Positions 63,813 through 64,000 of a DNA stretch of 64,000 bases are shown one piece after another; the first letter of the stretch is position 1; every line of letters begins with the position of its first letter. Source of the stretch: Octopus vulgaris (taxonomy: Eukaryota); assembly GCA_951406725.2 (NCBI GenBank), contig OX597816.1, positions 127,348,001 to 127,412,000 of the forward strand. The letters are read 5' to 3'. The notes beneath the pieces are model-generated. The model was not told the DNA's origin, ran no database searches, and saw only the letters and a list, made by a program, of their open reading frames with translations. The position numbers and the translations under genes were made by a program.

Positions 63813-64000
63813 CATAAGTTAGCTTTACCCTTCACTCTTTTGGAAATTGATGACCATAATCCCAAACCAACGCAGTGGATTGGCAGAACCAGTAGAATTT
63901 TAGGATGCAACTCATTGTATTCTGACAGTGATGCCTACAATGACACCTGTGCCAAATGTCCTATCCCTTGTACTGGTGGAAAAAAGAGGTTAGATTTGCA

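Overview
AT-rich, repeat-dense eukaryotic (animal) DNA with no intact cellular protein-coding gene that I can support. The SINE and LINE families and the abundant (TA)n, (TAGA)n, (ATT)n and (CA)n microsatellites point to a coleoid cephalopod, probably Octopus (inference). The window holds more than 25 tRNA-derived SINE copies in about 4 families, two young 5'-truncated RTE LINEs with a PHD finger inserted in the RT region, and a CR1/L2-type LINE interrupted by a different RTE with an exact 11-bp TSD. It also holds R4/Dong, old RTE and Penelope-like (GIY-YIG) remnants, a 3-kb internally deleted Helitron, nested TIR elements and several ~220-240 bp foldback palindromes. The most interesting signals are: (i) a textbook recursive-splice-site motif (branch point, AG-free zone, polypyrimidine tract, CAG|GTAAGT) at 43746 plus a candidate 30-nt microexon at 20419-20448, suggesting the window lies inside a giant plus-strand intron; (ii) a dispersed set of minimal hammerhead-ribozyme motifs in Penelope-type termini inserted in (TA)n tracts, some apparently forming foldbacks; (iii) SINEs that share one head but carry different LINE-derived tails, with both partner LINEs present in the window. 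All calls are by eye and no database search was run.
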